From Bacillota bacterium (lineage in GTDB: Bacteria > Bacillota > Thermincolia > Thermincolales > UBA2595), in assembly GCA_027324025.1 (NCBI GenBank), contig DAHVYW010000012.1, forward strand, positions 4,178 through 68,177: a stretch of 64,000 nt of DNA, in the 5' to 3' direction. Positions 41,030 to 50,676 of the stretch are shown piece by piece (position 1 is the first letter of the stretch; each line of letters opens with the position of its first letter). The notes beneath the pieces are model-generated. The model searched no databases. It saw only the letters and a program-made list of their open reading frames with translations, and had not been told where the DNA came from. The translations under genes were made by a program, and so were the position numbers.

Positions 41030-42280
41030 TTATTTGACCAGCGGTTTCGTGTAATTCCCTACTTCCAGACTGGGGATTTCGGTCTTAAGAATTTCTATAA
41101 AATTACTAATGCCCAGAACGTTATCCTCTCCCAGAAGTATTTTGCCCGCCAGGTAATCAGGATCAATATTAAGGTTGCGGATCTGAACCATATTTACGTT
41201 GTACTTTTGAACAAAATCAATTATTGCTTCAGCCTCTTCCGGCAGGTCCGTCAGGCCTGGAAATGTCAGTAAGTTCAGTGATACATAGACACCTTGCGCC
41301 CGCGCAATGGCAATAGAACTGCCAACGTTTTCCCATTTGTAGCCCCGTGGGGAATAGTATGAATTGTATGTAGCCTCCCGGGCACTGATTGTGCTGACAC
41401 GCAGAGAGTCTATTCCGGCCAGGCATACTTTTTTTATACCCTCTGTGTAACCGGCGTTTGTATTCATATTGATTGTCCCATCCCCGGTTTGCCGGCGTAT
41501 CTCTATGATGGCTTCTGATACGGTGTCTGCTGCAAGAGAGGGTTCGCCCTCACAGCCCTGGCCAAAACTTATGATGCCATCTTCTGCGCCCGCGAGGTGC
41601 GGCGCGGCGATTTCCAGAATCTCCCCAGCGGAAGGTTTGAAATCTATTCTGCTCTGGGGTGAGGGACAGCATTCCGCAGGCTGGAGAGATATACAGCCCA
41701 AACAACTGGCATTACAAGAAGGGGACACCGGTATCCCCCCTTCCCACCTTCGGTAAAATATGTTCTGAGCCGTGAAACAGTGGTATTTCATAGCGCATTG
41801 ACCCAACTGCCGGATTATCCTGTTATGCTTATATTCTTCCCCAGTATCCTTCACCAGTTGTCCAAGTTCCGGGGTAGAATAATGAACCGGGTTCCACCTC
41901 AGGTTTTTATCTGTGGACACAGCCGCAACGTAAACATCGCCGTTTTTAAAGCCCGTGGCCGCATAACCGAAAAGTGGGAGGGGGTTTTGGTCTGCCCGCC
42001 TGTATGCGGGCAGCAGTGTTCTTGTATATCCTTGGGGAAGCAGCGCACCAACGGCAAAAGCCGGTACCCCCCGCACGTCCCGGCAAACGGTAAATTTGCC
42101 CTGACGGTCTAACCCAACGGGGCATCCCCCGGGAATCATAACCAGGGAAGCACCCTCGGGTAAAGGTATTGCATCAGCCTCACTAATCTCGGTGTAAAGG
42201 TTGCCTGTGCGTCCACCGGCAAGCAGGTTGGGGTGGTCATACATTCTACCCTTGGAATCGGCATATAATAACTGAAGCAT
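41030..42280 (-). CDS. Radical SAM protein with ~190-aa N-terminal extension, function unknown
   Basis: CxxxCxxC cluster motif SPSCNASCLGCIS; 416 aa. Confidence 0.7.
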   Translation of the reverse strand: MLQLLYADSKGRMYDHPNLLAGGRTGNLYTEISEADAIPLPEGASLVMIPGGCPVGLDRQGKFTVCRDVRGVPAFAVGALLPQGYTRTLLPAYRRADQNPLPLFGYAATGFKNGDVYVAAVSTDKNLRWNPVHYSTPELGQLVKDTGEEYKHNRIIRQLGQCAMKYHCFTAQNIFYRRWEGGIPVSPSCNASCLGCISLQPAECCPSPQSRIDFKPSAGEILEIAAPHLAGAEDGIISFGQGCEGEPSLAADTVSEAIIEIRRQTGDGTINMNTNAGYTEGIKKVCLAGIDSLRVSTISAREATYNSYYSPRGYKWENVGSSIAIARAQGVYVSLNLLTFPGLTDLPEEAEAIIDFVQKYNVNMVQIRNLNIDPDYLAGKILLGEDNVLGISNFIEILKTEIPSLEVGNYTKPLVK

Positions 42281-42354
42281 TTATGGGTTACCCCCTGGTT
42301 CAAATTAAATACCGGGCATCACTATCGCCACCAAATAATTATATTATTTTTTTC

Positions 42355-42386
42355 GCAAAAATTAAAGGGCATTAACATGCCCTTTA
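42355..42386 (-). terminator. Intrinsic terminator after the LysM/M23 gene
   Basis: Minus strand AAAGGGCAT-GTTA-ATGCCCTTT followed by AATTTTT. Confidence 0.65.
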
Positions 42387-42391
42387 ATGCC

Positions 42392-43258
42392 CTAAATTTT
42401 ACGGTCCTCTCCCGGCAAGTAATTCTGCGGATTTAATGGGACTCCCCCATACAGCAGTTCCAGGTGCAGGTGGGGGCCTGTCGAGTGTCCGGTACTGCCA
42501 ATTCTGGCAATAGTCTGTCCCTGCTCAACGCATTCACCCGGTGAAACTTCCAGGGTCGAGGCATGGGCATACAGACTGCGCACACCTCTACCGTGGTTGA
42601 TAATAACGGTATATCCGTAGGTGCCCCGCCACCCGGCAAAAACGACCACCCCGGCATCAATAGCCCTTATGGGCTTGCCCTCCTCTGCCGCAACATCCAG
42701 TCCTTCGTGAGTCCTACCTGCCCTGGGGCCGAAAACGGAAGAAACTTGTCCGGTTACCGGCCAAAATTTAAATTCCGGTACACGGACATCGTAATCGTTT
42801 AACTCAGTCGTTATTTCCCGGCCGGTCGCCGGAATGGCCAATGGCCGGCCAATTAACAGGGGGTCATTACTCACCAGCCCGTTTTCTTCTGCCAGGGATT
42901 TCACGGTTGTGTTAAACCTCCGCGCAATATCCCACAACGTATCACCCGCAGTTACTATATACGCAACTTCTTGGCCGGCCGGAATGACAAGTTTTTGGTT
43001 TTCCAAAAGGGAGCTTTCCGGGTCTAACCCGTTGGTAAGGGCCAGCAAATGCTCATTTATTCCAAATCTGTCCGCCACCGTCCAGAGGCAGTCGCCTCTT
43101 TTGACAGTGTAATACCGGGGCTGCCCTTGATCTGCCGGCGAAGGTGGATATGCCGGGTCTTCTCCTGCCAGTACGGTGAGCTTACCAGTTAAGGCCAAGA
43201 TTAATAACATTACCACGGCTGTAGTCTTAATTTTTCTTTTAAAATTCACGAATACCAT
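42392..43258 (-). CDS. LysM-domain M23 metallopeptidase
   Basis: Two LysM repeats (YTVKRGDCLWTVADRFG, YIVTAGDTLWDIARRFN) plus M23 motifs HEGLDV and GSTGHSTGPHLHLE. Confidence 0.9.
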   Translation of the reverse strand: MVFVNFKRKIKTTAVVMLLILALTGKLTVLAGEDPAYPPSPADQGQPRYYTVKRGDCLWTVADRFGINEHLLALTNGLDPESSLLENQKLVIPAGQEVAYIVTAGDTLWDIARRFNTTVKSLAEENGLVSNDPLLIGRPLAIPATGREITTELNDYDVRVPEFKFWPVTGQVSSVFGPRAGRTHEGLDVAAEEGKPIRAIDAGVVVFAGWRGTYGYTVIINHGRGVRSLYAHASTLEVSPGECVEQGQTIARIGSTGHSTGPHLHLELLYGGVPLNPQNYLPGEDRKI

Positions 43259-43284
43259 CTCTCCTAAAAATAAAACTCTCCTCT

Positions 43285-44541
43285 TTAGACTACTTTAATC
43301 AAATCCCCTGTTTTAAGCAGCAGCTCCCTGTTGGACTTGGTCTTCCTAAGAATGTCATTCAAAAACTCTATGGCTTCCGTTGTTGTTGACTGGTTAAAGG
43401 TTTTGCGAAAATTCCACATGATATCCATTTCTTCTTTGCTTAGCAGAAGATCTTCTTTCCGTGTACCCGACCGTTTGATGTCAATAGCAGGGAATATCCG
43501 GCGGTCTGCCAGTTTGCGGTCGAGAATCAGTTCCATGTTTCCGGTTCCCTTGAATTCTTCAAAAATAACATCATCCATCCGACTGCCCGTTTCCACCAAT
43601 GCCGTCGCCAGTATTGTAAGACTTCCACCCGCTTCAATATTCCTGGCGGCCCCAAAAAACCTCTTTGGTTTGTGTAAAGCGCTGGGGTCAACTCCGCCCG
43701 AGAGGGTCCTGCCGCTGGGGGGTTCTACCAGGTTGTATGCCCTGGCCAGTCTTGTGATACTGTCCAGGAGAATAACCACATCCTTTTTTTGTTCCACTAA
43801 TCGTTTAGCCCGCTCTAAAACCATTTCGGCAACCTTCACATGGTTATCGGCCGGTTCGTCAAAGGTTGAACTGATTACGTCACCTTTAACAAATCTCTCC
43901 ATATCTGTAACCTCTTCCGGGCGTTCATCAATGAGAAGGACCATTAGTTTTATATCCGGGTAGTTAGTTGTAATACTGTTGGCAATTTGTTTAAGCAGGA
44001 TGGTTTTGCCGGCTTTCGGCGGGGATACAATGAGGCCCCTCTGGCCCTTGCCTAAGGGAGCAACCAGGTCTATCAGTCTTGTCACGGCCAGCTCCGGTCC
44101 GACTTCCAGGTTGATTCGTTGATTGGGATAGATGGGAGTGAGGGTGTCAAAATGTATTCGTTGAACAACCTTCTCAATACCAGTCCCGTTAATTTCTTCT
44201 ACCCTCAACATGGCGTAATACCTTTCATTATCCCTGGGCGGCCTAACCTGTCCGCCTACCAAATCGCCGGTCCGTAAATCGAACCTCCGAATCTGGGAAG
44301 GCGACACATAAATGTCATTCTGGCTTGGGGCATAACTTGAGGGCCGAAGAAACCCGTACCCGTCGGGAAGTATGTCCAATATGCCCTGCGCTGACAGGGT
44401 TTGGTCTTTTTGGGTCTTCAGCTTGGCAATCTCAAATACCAGTTCCGACTTTCGCAATTTGTAGTATCCAGGAATTTCAAGTTGCCTGGCCATCTCGTAC
44501 AGTTCTACCATGGTTTTTGTCTCCAGTTCGGAAGCGTTCAA
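43285..44541 (-). CDS. rho: Transcription termination factor Rho
   Basis: N-terminal Rho_N ([26 protein letters not shown]) and Walker A SPPKAGKT. Confidence 0.97.
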   Translation of the reverse strand: MNASELETKTMVELYEMARQLEIPGYYKLRKSELVFEIAKLKTQKDQTLSAQGILDILPDGYGFLRPSSYAPSQNDIYVSPSQIRRFDLRTGDLVGGQVRPPRDNERYYAMLRVEEINGTGIEKVVQRIHFDTLTPIYPNQRINLEVGPELAVTRLIDLVAPLGKGQRGLIVSPPKAGKTILLKQIANSITTNYPDIKLMVLLIDERPEEVTDMERFVKGDVISSTFDEPADNHVKVAEMVLERAKRLVEQKKDVVILLDSITRLARAYNLVEPPSGRTLSGGVDPSALHKPKRFFGAARNIEAGGSLTILATALVETGSRMDDVIFEEFKGTGNMELILDRKLADRRIFPAIDIKRSGTRKEDLLLSKEEMDIMWNFRKTFNQSTTTEAIEFLNDILRKTKSNRELLLKTGDLIKVV

Positions 44542-44610
44542 AACTCACCCTCCTAATGCAATAATACCTCTATTGTATCCCGATGATAAAAAGCTTATTC
44601 AATAGAGCAA

Positions 44611-44638
44611 TAAAAAATGCGGATGCCATCGCACCCGC
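44611..44638 (-). terminator. Intrinsic terminator after the second DUF2062 gene
   Basis: Minus strand GCGGGTGC-GATG-GCATCCGC followed by ATTTTTT. Confidence 0.6.
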
Positions 44639-45159
44639 TAGAACGGTTTCTTATTCAACCTTTTTGCCTTCAGCTTCTGTATTCGTACTTTTAGCACGGA
44701 ATACACGACCAGGTAAGAAATTATAAAAATTACGCAACCGTTTATCAACCCGGCCATCAGGTAGGGGACCCCTCTCGTTAGAATGCTGTTGATCACCTGT
44801 TCCAGGTAATTTGTCCCGGCCGGGTGGGGCAGCACTATTCTTCTAAGAGGTGGAACCGCTGAAACGAGTATGTCCTGAATGTAAATATTAATTGCCACAA
44901 TGGCCAAAAAAAACGGTTTAAGGGCCGCGGCAGACATCACGGCAGCAAGGCTGTTTAGTTTGAGTATCCTGGCAACCACAAAAGCGACAAAAATACTGAC
45001 AAAGGGAATAGGGACAGCAAAATCCATCGCGAACCCCATACCGATACCTTGGGCCACTTTCGAGGGCGTATCCTTCAAACGCAGCATCTTGTAATACTGG
45101 TACTTAAAATACCTGTTCAAACGCAATTCGACTTCCTCCTGTTTTTGCCCACAAGCCAC
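44638..45159 (-). CDS. DUF2062-family membrane protein (paralog 2)
   Basis: LRLKDTPSKVAQGIGMGFAMDF... parallels paralog 1. The start is uncertain. Confidence 0.6.
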   Translation of the reverse strand: MACGQKQEEVELRLNRYFKYQYYKMLRLKDTPSKVAQGIGMGFAMDFAVPIPFVSIFVAFVVARILKLNSLAAVMSAAALKPFFLAIVAINIYIQDILVSAVPPLRRIVLPHPAGTNYLEQVINSILTRGVPYLMAGLINGCVIFIISYLVVYSVLKVRIQKLKAKRLNKKPF

Positions 45160-45599
45160 TTAAGAACCCGCAGCCGGTAACGTTTCACCATCAAATAAAT
45201 ACATATATACAAGATTGTACCCGTAATCAGACTATTAATTACCGCACCGGCAAAAAACACTTTACTAACTTCAGCGAATGTAGAACTTTTAGGTTGTAAC
45301 AATACTCGCCAAAGGTGGCGCACATCCTGAAGCCTGCTTGTCCACACTAAATAACCGGTTACCATATTCATATAAAAAAAGAACGGAAACAACGGCTTAA
45401 AAATGATATCTCCAAGTAACCCGGCCGGTACATTTGCTAAAAATACCGCAGCCACAACACCGGCAAGGGGGACCCCAAATCCGAAGGTAGGATAAAAATT
45501 CACACATGCTCCCACGGCAAAACCAAGAGCCAGCTTGCCAGGAGCCCCTTTTAACCTCAGAAACTTAATCAAGTTAAACTTTAACCGTCTCCTTAACAC
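45117..45599 (-). CDS. DUF2062-family membrane protein (paralog 1)
   Basis: LRLKGAPGKLALGFAVGACVNFYPTFGFG...; 160 aa with 3-4 TM helices. Confidence 0.6.
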   Translation of the reverse strand: MLRRRLKFNLIKFLRLKGAPGKLALGFAVGACVNFYPTFGFGVPLAGVVAAVFLANVPAGLLGDIIFKPLFPFFFYMNMVTGYLVWTSRLQDVRHLWRVLLQPKSSTFAEVSKVFFAGAVINSLITGTILYICIYLMVKRYRLRVLKWLVGKNRRKSNCV

Positions 45600-45732
45600 G
45601 AACCCTCCATGAAAAATTCTTTAATGGCCAAGTAAAAACAAAAAACCTTCAACATTAACCAAAGTCTTACAGTTAAGAAGAAGGTTGTTAAAACTAAGTA
45701 TATCACCAGCATTTTTTACAGTCAAGGCGATA

Positions 45733-46713
45733 CTACTTCCTGTATGTAAAAGGCTTTTTGTCAAGCCGGTGAATGGCATCAATAAACCGCACTGTTCCGG
45801 TGACGGACCTCATTACAACAGTATGACTTCTGGCTCCGTTGCCAAAGAACCTGACTCCCTGAACCAGGTCACCGTTAGTAATCCCGGTTGCGGCAAACAC
45901 CACATCATCTGTTTTAACCAAGTCATCCATCGTCAACAGCCTACTAATATCACCGATTCCAAGTTTTTTGGCTCTTTCCACATCGTCCTCATTTTCTGGC
46001 CACAGCCTCCCCTGCATTTCGCCGCCAAGGCATTTCAGGGCGGCAGCAGCTACGACTCCTTCCGGCGCACCGCCAATGCCAAGAAGCATGTCAACACCGG
46101 TACCTGCCATAGCGGCGGCAACAGCCGGCGCCACGTCACCGTCCTGGATTAATTGGATCCGAGCGCCGGTGGCGCGGACTTCATTGATTATTTTTTCGTG
46201 TCTTGGCCTGTTAAGGATAACTACGGTCAAATCTTCTATGTCTTTGTCATTAGCCAAGGCAACCGCCTTTAAATTATCTATGACCGGGGCATCCAGGTGT
46301 ATTTTTCCTTTAGCCTTTGGGCCTACGGCAATTTTGTCCATGTACATGTCAGGGGCATGGAGAAAGCCCCCTGTCTCAGCTATTGCTACCACAGCAATGG
46401 CATTGGGGAGACCCCTGGCAACATTATTAGTGCCCTCTACCGGGTCAACGGCTATATCCACTTTTGGGTCGACCCCGCTTCCAACCTTTTCACCTATGTA
46501 AAGCATCGGGGCGTCATCCATCTCACCCTCCCCAATAACCACTGTCCCGTCAATCTGAACAGTACTAAAAACAGCCCTCATTGCCACTACAGCCGCGTCG
46601 TCTGCCGCATCCTTTTCTCCCCGGCCCATCCACCGGGCAGCCGCAATTGCTGCCGCTTCGGTAACACGGGCAAATTCCATTGTTAATTCCCGAATCAAAG
46701 CAACCCCTCCCAC
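45733..46713 (-). CDS. glpX: Fructose-1,6-bisphosphatase class II
   Basis: [26 protein letters not shown]...DPVEGTN...GIGGAPEGV. Confidence 0.93.
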   Translation of the reverse strand: MGGVALIRELTMEFARVTEAAAIAAARWMGRGEKDAADDAAVVAMRAVFSTVQIDGTVVIGEGEMDDAPMLYIGEKVGSGVDPKVDIAVDPVEGTNNVARGLPNAIAVVAIAETGGFLHAPDMYMDKIAVGPKAKGKIHLDAPVIDNLKAVALANDKDIEDLTVVILNRPRHEKIINEVRATGARIQLIQDGDVAPAVAAAMAGTGVDMLLGIGGAPEGVVAAAALKCLGGEMQGRLWPENEDDVERAKKLGIGDISRLLTMDDLVKTDDVVFAATGITNGDLVQGVRFFGNGARSHTVVMRSVTGTVRFIDAIHRLDKKPFTYRK

Positions 46714-46829
46714 ATTTCATTAATAGTATGACACTAATCCCAGTATTGTGCTATGCTATTATCTCTATTTCTACCTATATGCGCCTGTTCCTTCCCCAAG
46801 TACGGAAAAAATTGCAGCAGTTTATCTGC

Positions 46830-47477
46830 TTATTTGTCCTTGACTGTCTCCCAGTCCGCCAGAAACTTCTCAATTCCAATGTCAGTAAGGGTGTGTCTGG
46901 TCATTTGCATTATTATTTTAAAAGGCACCGTAGAAATGTGGGCCCCGGCTTTGGCAGCTTCAGTAACATGAATTGGGTGCCTGACACTTGCCACAATAAT
47001 CCTTGTGTCAAAATCGTAGATTTCGTAGATTTGCACTATCTCCCTGATTAACTCCATCCCGTTTTGACCGATGTCATCAAGCCTGCCTACAAAAGGGCTG
47101 ACAAACGTTGCCCCGGCTAATGCCGCAAGAAGGGCCTGATTGGCGGAAAACACGAGGGTTACGTTGGTCTTTATCTTTTTGCCGGAAAGCATCTTAGTCG
47201 CTGTTAGCCCTTCTGCAGTCATAGGAATTTTGATTACAATGTTGGGGTGAATTTTGGCCAGTTCCACCGCTTCTGACACCATGCCCCCGGCGTCAAGACT
47301 TATTACCTCCGCACTGATGGGCCCGTCAATAATTTCACAGATCTCTTTTACAACTTCCTTAAAGTTACGCCCCTCTTTGGCGATGAGAGACGGGTTGGTG
47401 GTGACACCACTTATTACTCCTAACCTGCCGGCTTTTTTTATTTCTTCAATATTTGCCGTATCAATGAAAATTTCCAT
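46830..47477 (-). CDS. tal: Transaldolase / fructose-6-phosphate aldolase (short type 3B)
   Basis: [15 protein letters not shown]...GVTTNPSL...IVIKIPMT...NVTLVFS. Confidence 0.92.
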   Translation of the reverse strand: MEIFIDTANIEEIKKAGRLGVISGVTTNPSLIAKEGRNFKEVVKEICEIIDGPISAEVISLDAGGMVSEAVELAKIHPNIVIKIPMTAEGLTATKMLSGKKIKTNVTLVFSANQALLAALAGATFVSPFVGRLDDIGQNGMELIREIVQIYEIYDFDTRIIVASVRHPIHVTEAAKAGAHISTVPFKIIMQMTRHTLTDIGIEKFLADWETVKDK

Positions 47478-47565
47478 TAAGATAAACCTCCCTTAATCCA
47501 AATTAACTGGAACTACCCCACTATCATACCCCGAACCATATTCCACAGCCCGGTTTAGCATAATT

Positions 47566-47682
47566 AAGGCTGTTCAAAAACAAGTATGGCAGGGAAGCCG
47601 CTTTACCGAAACTGAAAACGTACCTATTGTACGCCCTCTTGTTAATAAGCCTTCCGAGCTTTACAAAGTTTTTCAACAGCCT
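47566..47682. repeat. Long hairpin repeat (family with 55501-55622) between fba and tal
   Basis: Arms AAGGCTGTTCAAAAAC / GTTTTTCAACAGCCT. The internal AAGTATGGCAGGGAAG resembles GAGTATAGCAAGGAAA at 55517. Confidence 0.7.
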
Positions 47683-47706
47683 AAAAAAGCGGTTTTTGCC
47701 ACGTTT

Positions 47707-48561
47707 TTATGCTTTTCCGGAACTTCCAAACAACCTGATTTTTTCCCTGATTATTTCTGTGGCAGCCTCTCTGGCGGGCCCTAGTACCTTTCTCGGGTCT
47801 ATCTCTTTAGAATCTTTGTTCAGGACATCCCGGCAAGCCTGTACAAAGGCCTCCCGTATGTTGGTGTCAATGTTAACCTTCCGCACACCTATTTTGATGG
47901 CTTTTTCGATAGCATCATCCGGAACGCCGGAAGAACCGTGCAAAACAATAGGTACCCGGATCATTGAGCGAATTTTTTCCAGCCTGGGGAAATCCAGTTC
48001 AGGGATTCCTTTGTACTGGCCGTGGGCAGTGCCTATTGCTACTGCAAGGGCATCAACTCCGGTCCTCTCAACAAATTCTTTGGCTTCTTCGGGCTTTGTA
48101 AAGAAGGCATCTTTCTCATCGACGTGAATATCATCTTCAGTTCCGCCTATTTTGCCAAGCTCTGCCTCCACGGAAACACCAACAGCCCTTGCCACAGCGA
48201 TTACCCTCTTGGTCAACTCAACATTATCATCAAAGGGCAGCTTGGATCCGTCAATCATCACTGAACTAAAGCCCGAGCGGATACACATCATAACCTGTTC
48301 AAAGCTGGTACCGTGGTCCAAATGAAGTGCAACCGGAACCGACGCGTTTTCTGCCGCAATCTTGGCCATGGCAGTAATATATTCTATTCCGGCGTATTTT
48401 ATAGCACCCTGGCTGGCCTGCATAATAACCGGAGATTTTTCCGCCTCAGCCGCCGCTATGATAGCCTGAACTATTTCCATGTTGTTGCAATTAAAGGCAC
48501 CTACAGCATACCCACCTGCTTCTGCTTTTTTCAATAGATCACTAATTGATACCAGAGACAT
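47707..48561 (-). CDS. fba: Fructose-bisphosphate aldolase class II
   Basis: GGYAVGAFNCNN...VALHLDHG...VLHGSSGV. Confidence 0.95.
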   Translation of the reverse strand: MSLVSISDLLKKAEAGGYAVGAFNCNNMEIVQAIIAAAEAEKSPVIMQASQGAIKYAGIEYITAMAKIAAENASVPVALHLDHGTSFEQVMMCIRSGFSSVMIDGSKLPFDDNVELTKRVIAVARAVGVSVEAELGKIGGTEDDIHVDEKDAFFTKPEEAKEFVERTGVDALAVAIGTAHGQYKGIPELDFPRLEKIRSMIRVPIVLHGSSGVPDDAIEKAIKIGVRKVNIDTNIREAFVQACRDVLNKDSKEIDPRKVLGPAREAATEIIREKIRLFGSSGKA

Positions 48562-48615
48562 TCTTCATCCTCCTTAAACATTTTTGTAAAATGTATTCCC
48601 CCTGTAAGAGAACTA

Positions 48616-49299
48616 TTACTGCTTAGTGCGCTTGGAATTCCTCTTTTTTGTTTTTTTGCCCTTGTCGACATTATCAAGGGATTTAAAACCATTCTTAACC
48701 AATTCTATCTTTTTTATTCCTTTTATCCGGTTGAGGTCTTCCTCTGTTTCGGCGTAAACCACACTGATTGTTTTGCAGTCTTTACACTGCAGTTCAATTC
48801 TTTCAGGAAATATGTCAATTTCAATCTGGTAGCTCCCGCACTCACAGTATAGGAATCCTTCTTCAGCTATGTCGTGCAGACAGTTTAAAACCTCGAACAT
48901 GATTTCGGCATTAAAAAAGTAATCGTCGTAACCAAGCTCATCGACCAGGGATTCAAGGTTGTGTTCATAGTTTTCCGCGAGGGTATGAACCTTGTCACCC
49001 GGCCCGAAAAAGCCTAACTCGACGTTAGTGTCATTACAATAGAAGAAAGTTACCTCATCAGACCACAGTTGTCTTGCCTTATAATAAACCAAATGGTTTG
49101 TTTCGCACAGTACACACGGCATTTGAAACCAATACTGTTGACGGTTCTTAGTTCCGATAATCAGTTTGGGGGCTCCACAGGAACAGGTAACTTTGTAACT
49201 GCTTGCCTTGGCAAATGCGAAACGAGAAATTGAATGAAAATCCAACTTCCCACACGACGGGCAGCGCATGGCAACTACAAATTCAGTGGCTACAATCAT
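48616..49299 (-). CDS. Cys-rich (multi zinc-ribbon-like) protein with basic tail, unknown function
   Basis: 227 aa. Cys pairs are CPSC, CSC, CVLC, CEC and CKDC. The tail is KGKKTKKRNSKRTKQ. Confidence 0.55.
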   Translation of the reverse strand: MIVATEFVVAMRCPSCGKLDFHSISRFAFAKASSYKVTCSCGAPKLIIGTKNRQQYWFQMPCVLCETNHLVYYKARQLWSDEVTFFYCNDTNVELGFFGPGDKVHTLAENYEHNLESLVDELGYDDYFFNAEIMFEVLNCLHDIAEEGFLYCECGSYQIEIDIFPERIELQCKDCKTISVVYAETEEDLNRIKGIKKIELVKNGFKSLDNVDKGKKTKKRNSKRTKQ

Positions 49300-49412
49300 G
49301 GTAAACCCTCCTCTAATGTTTTTATTTCGCCACTGAAAATAAAATTCCTCCTTTTTTTTATAAGAGGTTGTCGCTTAAGTCATCCCCTTGTTTGTATGTT
49401 TCGTAGGCTTTA

Positions 49413-49793
49413 TCAGGCCCAGCACTCCAGGTTTTCATTAAGGGTCTTTCTGACAAGCCCCCTCAATTCATTAATGTCAAAGGGCTTAGTAACGTATTCT
49501 TTGATTCCCAGCTTCATTGCCTCTGCCACGATTTCAAGCTCACCGTACGCTGTCATCATGATTACCAAAACGGAATCATTGGTTTTCTTGATTTCGTGTA
49601 GGGCTTCGATACCATTCATACCCGGCATTTTCATATCCATCAGAATAATATCTGGCATAGCCTCATTTACTTTGTCCACAGCTTCCTGGCCGCTTGCGGC
49701 CAATTCGACAGTGTAGCCTTCCTCATTAAAAGCCTCAAAGAGTAATCTCCTCACTCCCATTTGATCATCGACCACAAGTAGTTTTGCCCCCAA
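49413..49793 (-). CDS. spo0F: Single-domain response regulator, Spo0F-like phosphorelay protein
   Basis: LLVVDDQMGVRRLLFEAFNEEGY...DIILMDMKMPGMNGIE...VIMMTAYGEL...TKPFDINEL closely parallels B. subtilis Spo0F. Synteny with fba also matches. Confidence 0.8.
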   Translation of the reverse strand: MGAKLLVVDDQMGVRRLLFEAFNEEGYTVELAASGQEAVDKVNEAMPDIILMDMKMPGMNGIEALHEIKKTNDSVLVIMMTAYGELEIVAEAMKLGIKEYVTKPFDINELRGLVRKTLNENLECWA

Positions 49794-49932
49794 TTGGATT
49801 CCCCCTCTGTCTCAATCTAAACAATTGCTCAAAGGTTCACACAGAGAGTTATTCTAGATTAAATATGGTTTTCCTTCCAATTCTGTGAAATAAATCTATC
49901 AACATATTTCGCCATTGTTCTGCAATTTTATA

Positions 49933-50661
49933 CTAGAAACCCTGGTAAGCCCCTCCCATAAATGGTGCAATAAACCCTACAATGGCTGCAGTGAGTACAA
50001 TTATGACCAACCCCAAAATGCCAAAGGGAATTAGCAGGGCTGCCACGGCCCTGCCGGTGGAAAATCCCTGGATTTCCCGCAGGCCGATAACCAACAAGAC
50101 TGCCCACCAGATAAAAGCCAACAGGGACACGGCAACGGTTAAAAACCTGCCGAAAAGCGAGTCAACCAGTATGACGCTGATTACCTGAAACGGGATGACC
50201 AAAACCCGGGGAATATCCGCAAATGCCAATACTGTCAGAACCCCAACGGCCCGGCCCCTTCCGCCTAAAAGCTCGGCAAAAAGATGAAAAACACCGGCCT
50301 GCATAAACCAACCGATAAAGGCCAGCAAGGCCCCGATAATTCCTATGTACGGCCTCGTCTTGGCCAAGGCGCCGGCCAATTCCGCAGAACCTTTTGAAAA
50401 GTCAGGGGGAACCAGAGTGTTCATGAGAGATGTTAGGATTACGACCAAAAGAAAAACAACAAATCCTTGGAACAGCGGCGGGTCTTCTGTAAATTTGCGA
50501 AATGTGACCCTTGGGGTAAATAATACTCCATATATTAGTTCTGCCAATCCGGCACGACCGGTCCGGTTGTCATCCTTAGCACCGGCAACCTTTGCCGGTT
50601 CCAAGGCTTCTTGGGCCACAACGTCTGGCCCGAACTGGTTATTCTGATCTATGTCGCTCAT
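49933..50661 (-). CDS. Yip1-domain membrane protein
   Basis: 242 aa with five TM helices after a soluble N-terminus. Confidence 0.55.
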   Translation of the reverse strand: MSDIDQNNQFGPDVVAQEALEPAKVAGAKDDNRTGRAGLAELIYGVLFTPRVTFRKFTEDPPLFQGFVVFLLVVILTSLMNTLVPPDFSKGSAELAGALAKTRPYIGIIGALLAFIGWFMQAGVFHLFAELLGGRGRAVGVLTVLAFADIPRVLVIPFQVISVILVDSLFGRFLTVAVSLLAFIWWAVLLVIGLREIQGFSTGRAVAALLIPFGILGLVIIVLTAAIVGFIAPFMGGAYQGF

Positions 50662-50676
50662 AAGGCAAATCCTCCA

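Noticed and set aside
43331-43963. 210-aa plus-strand ORF. Similar antisense ORFs lie within glpX (45685-46501), fba (47627-48127) and pyrG (51857-52417).
   Set aside because: They overlap highly conserved minus-strand genes. Their Ser/Leu/Arg-rich sequences are typical of antisense frames.
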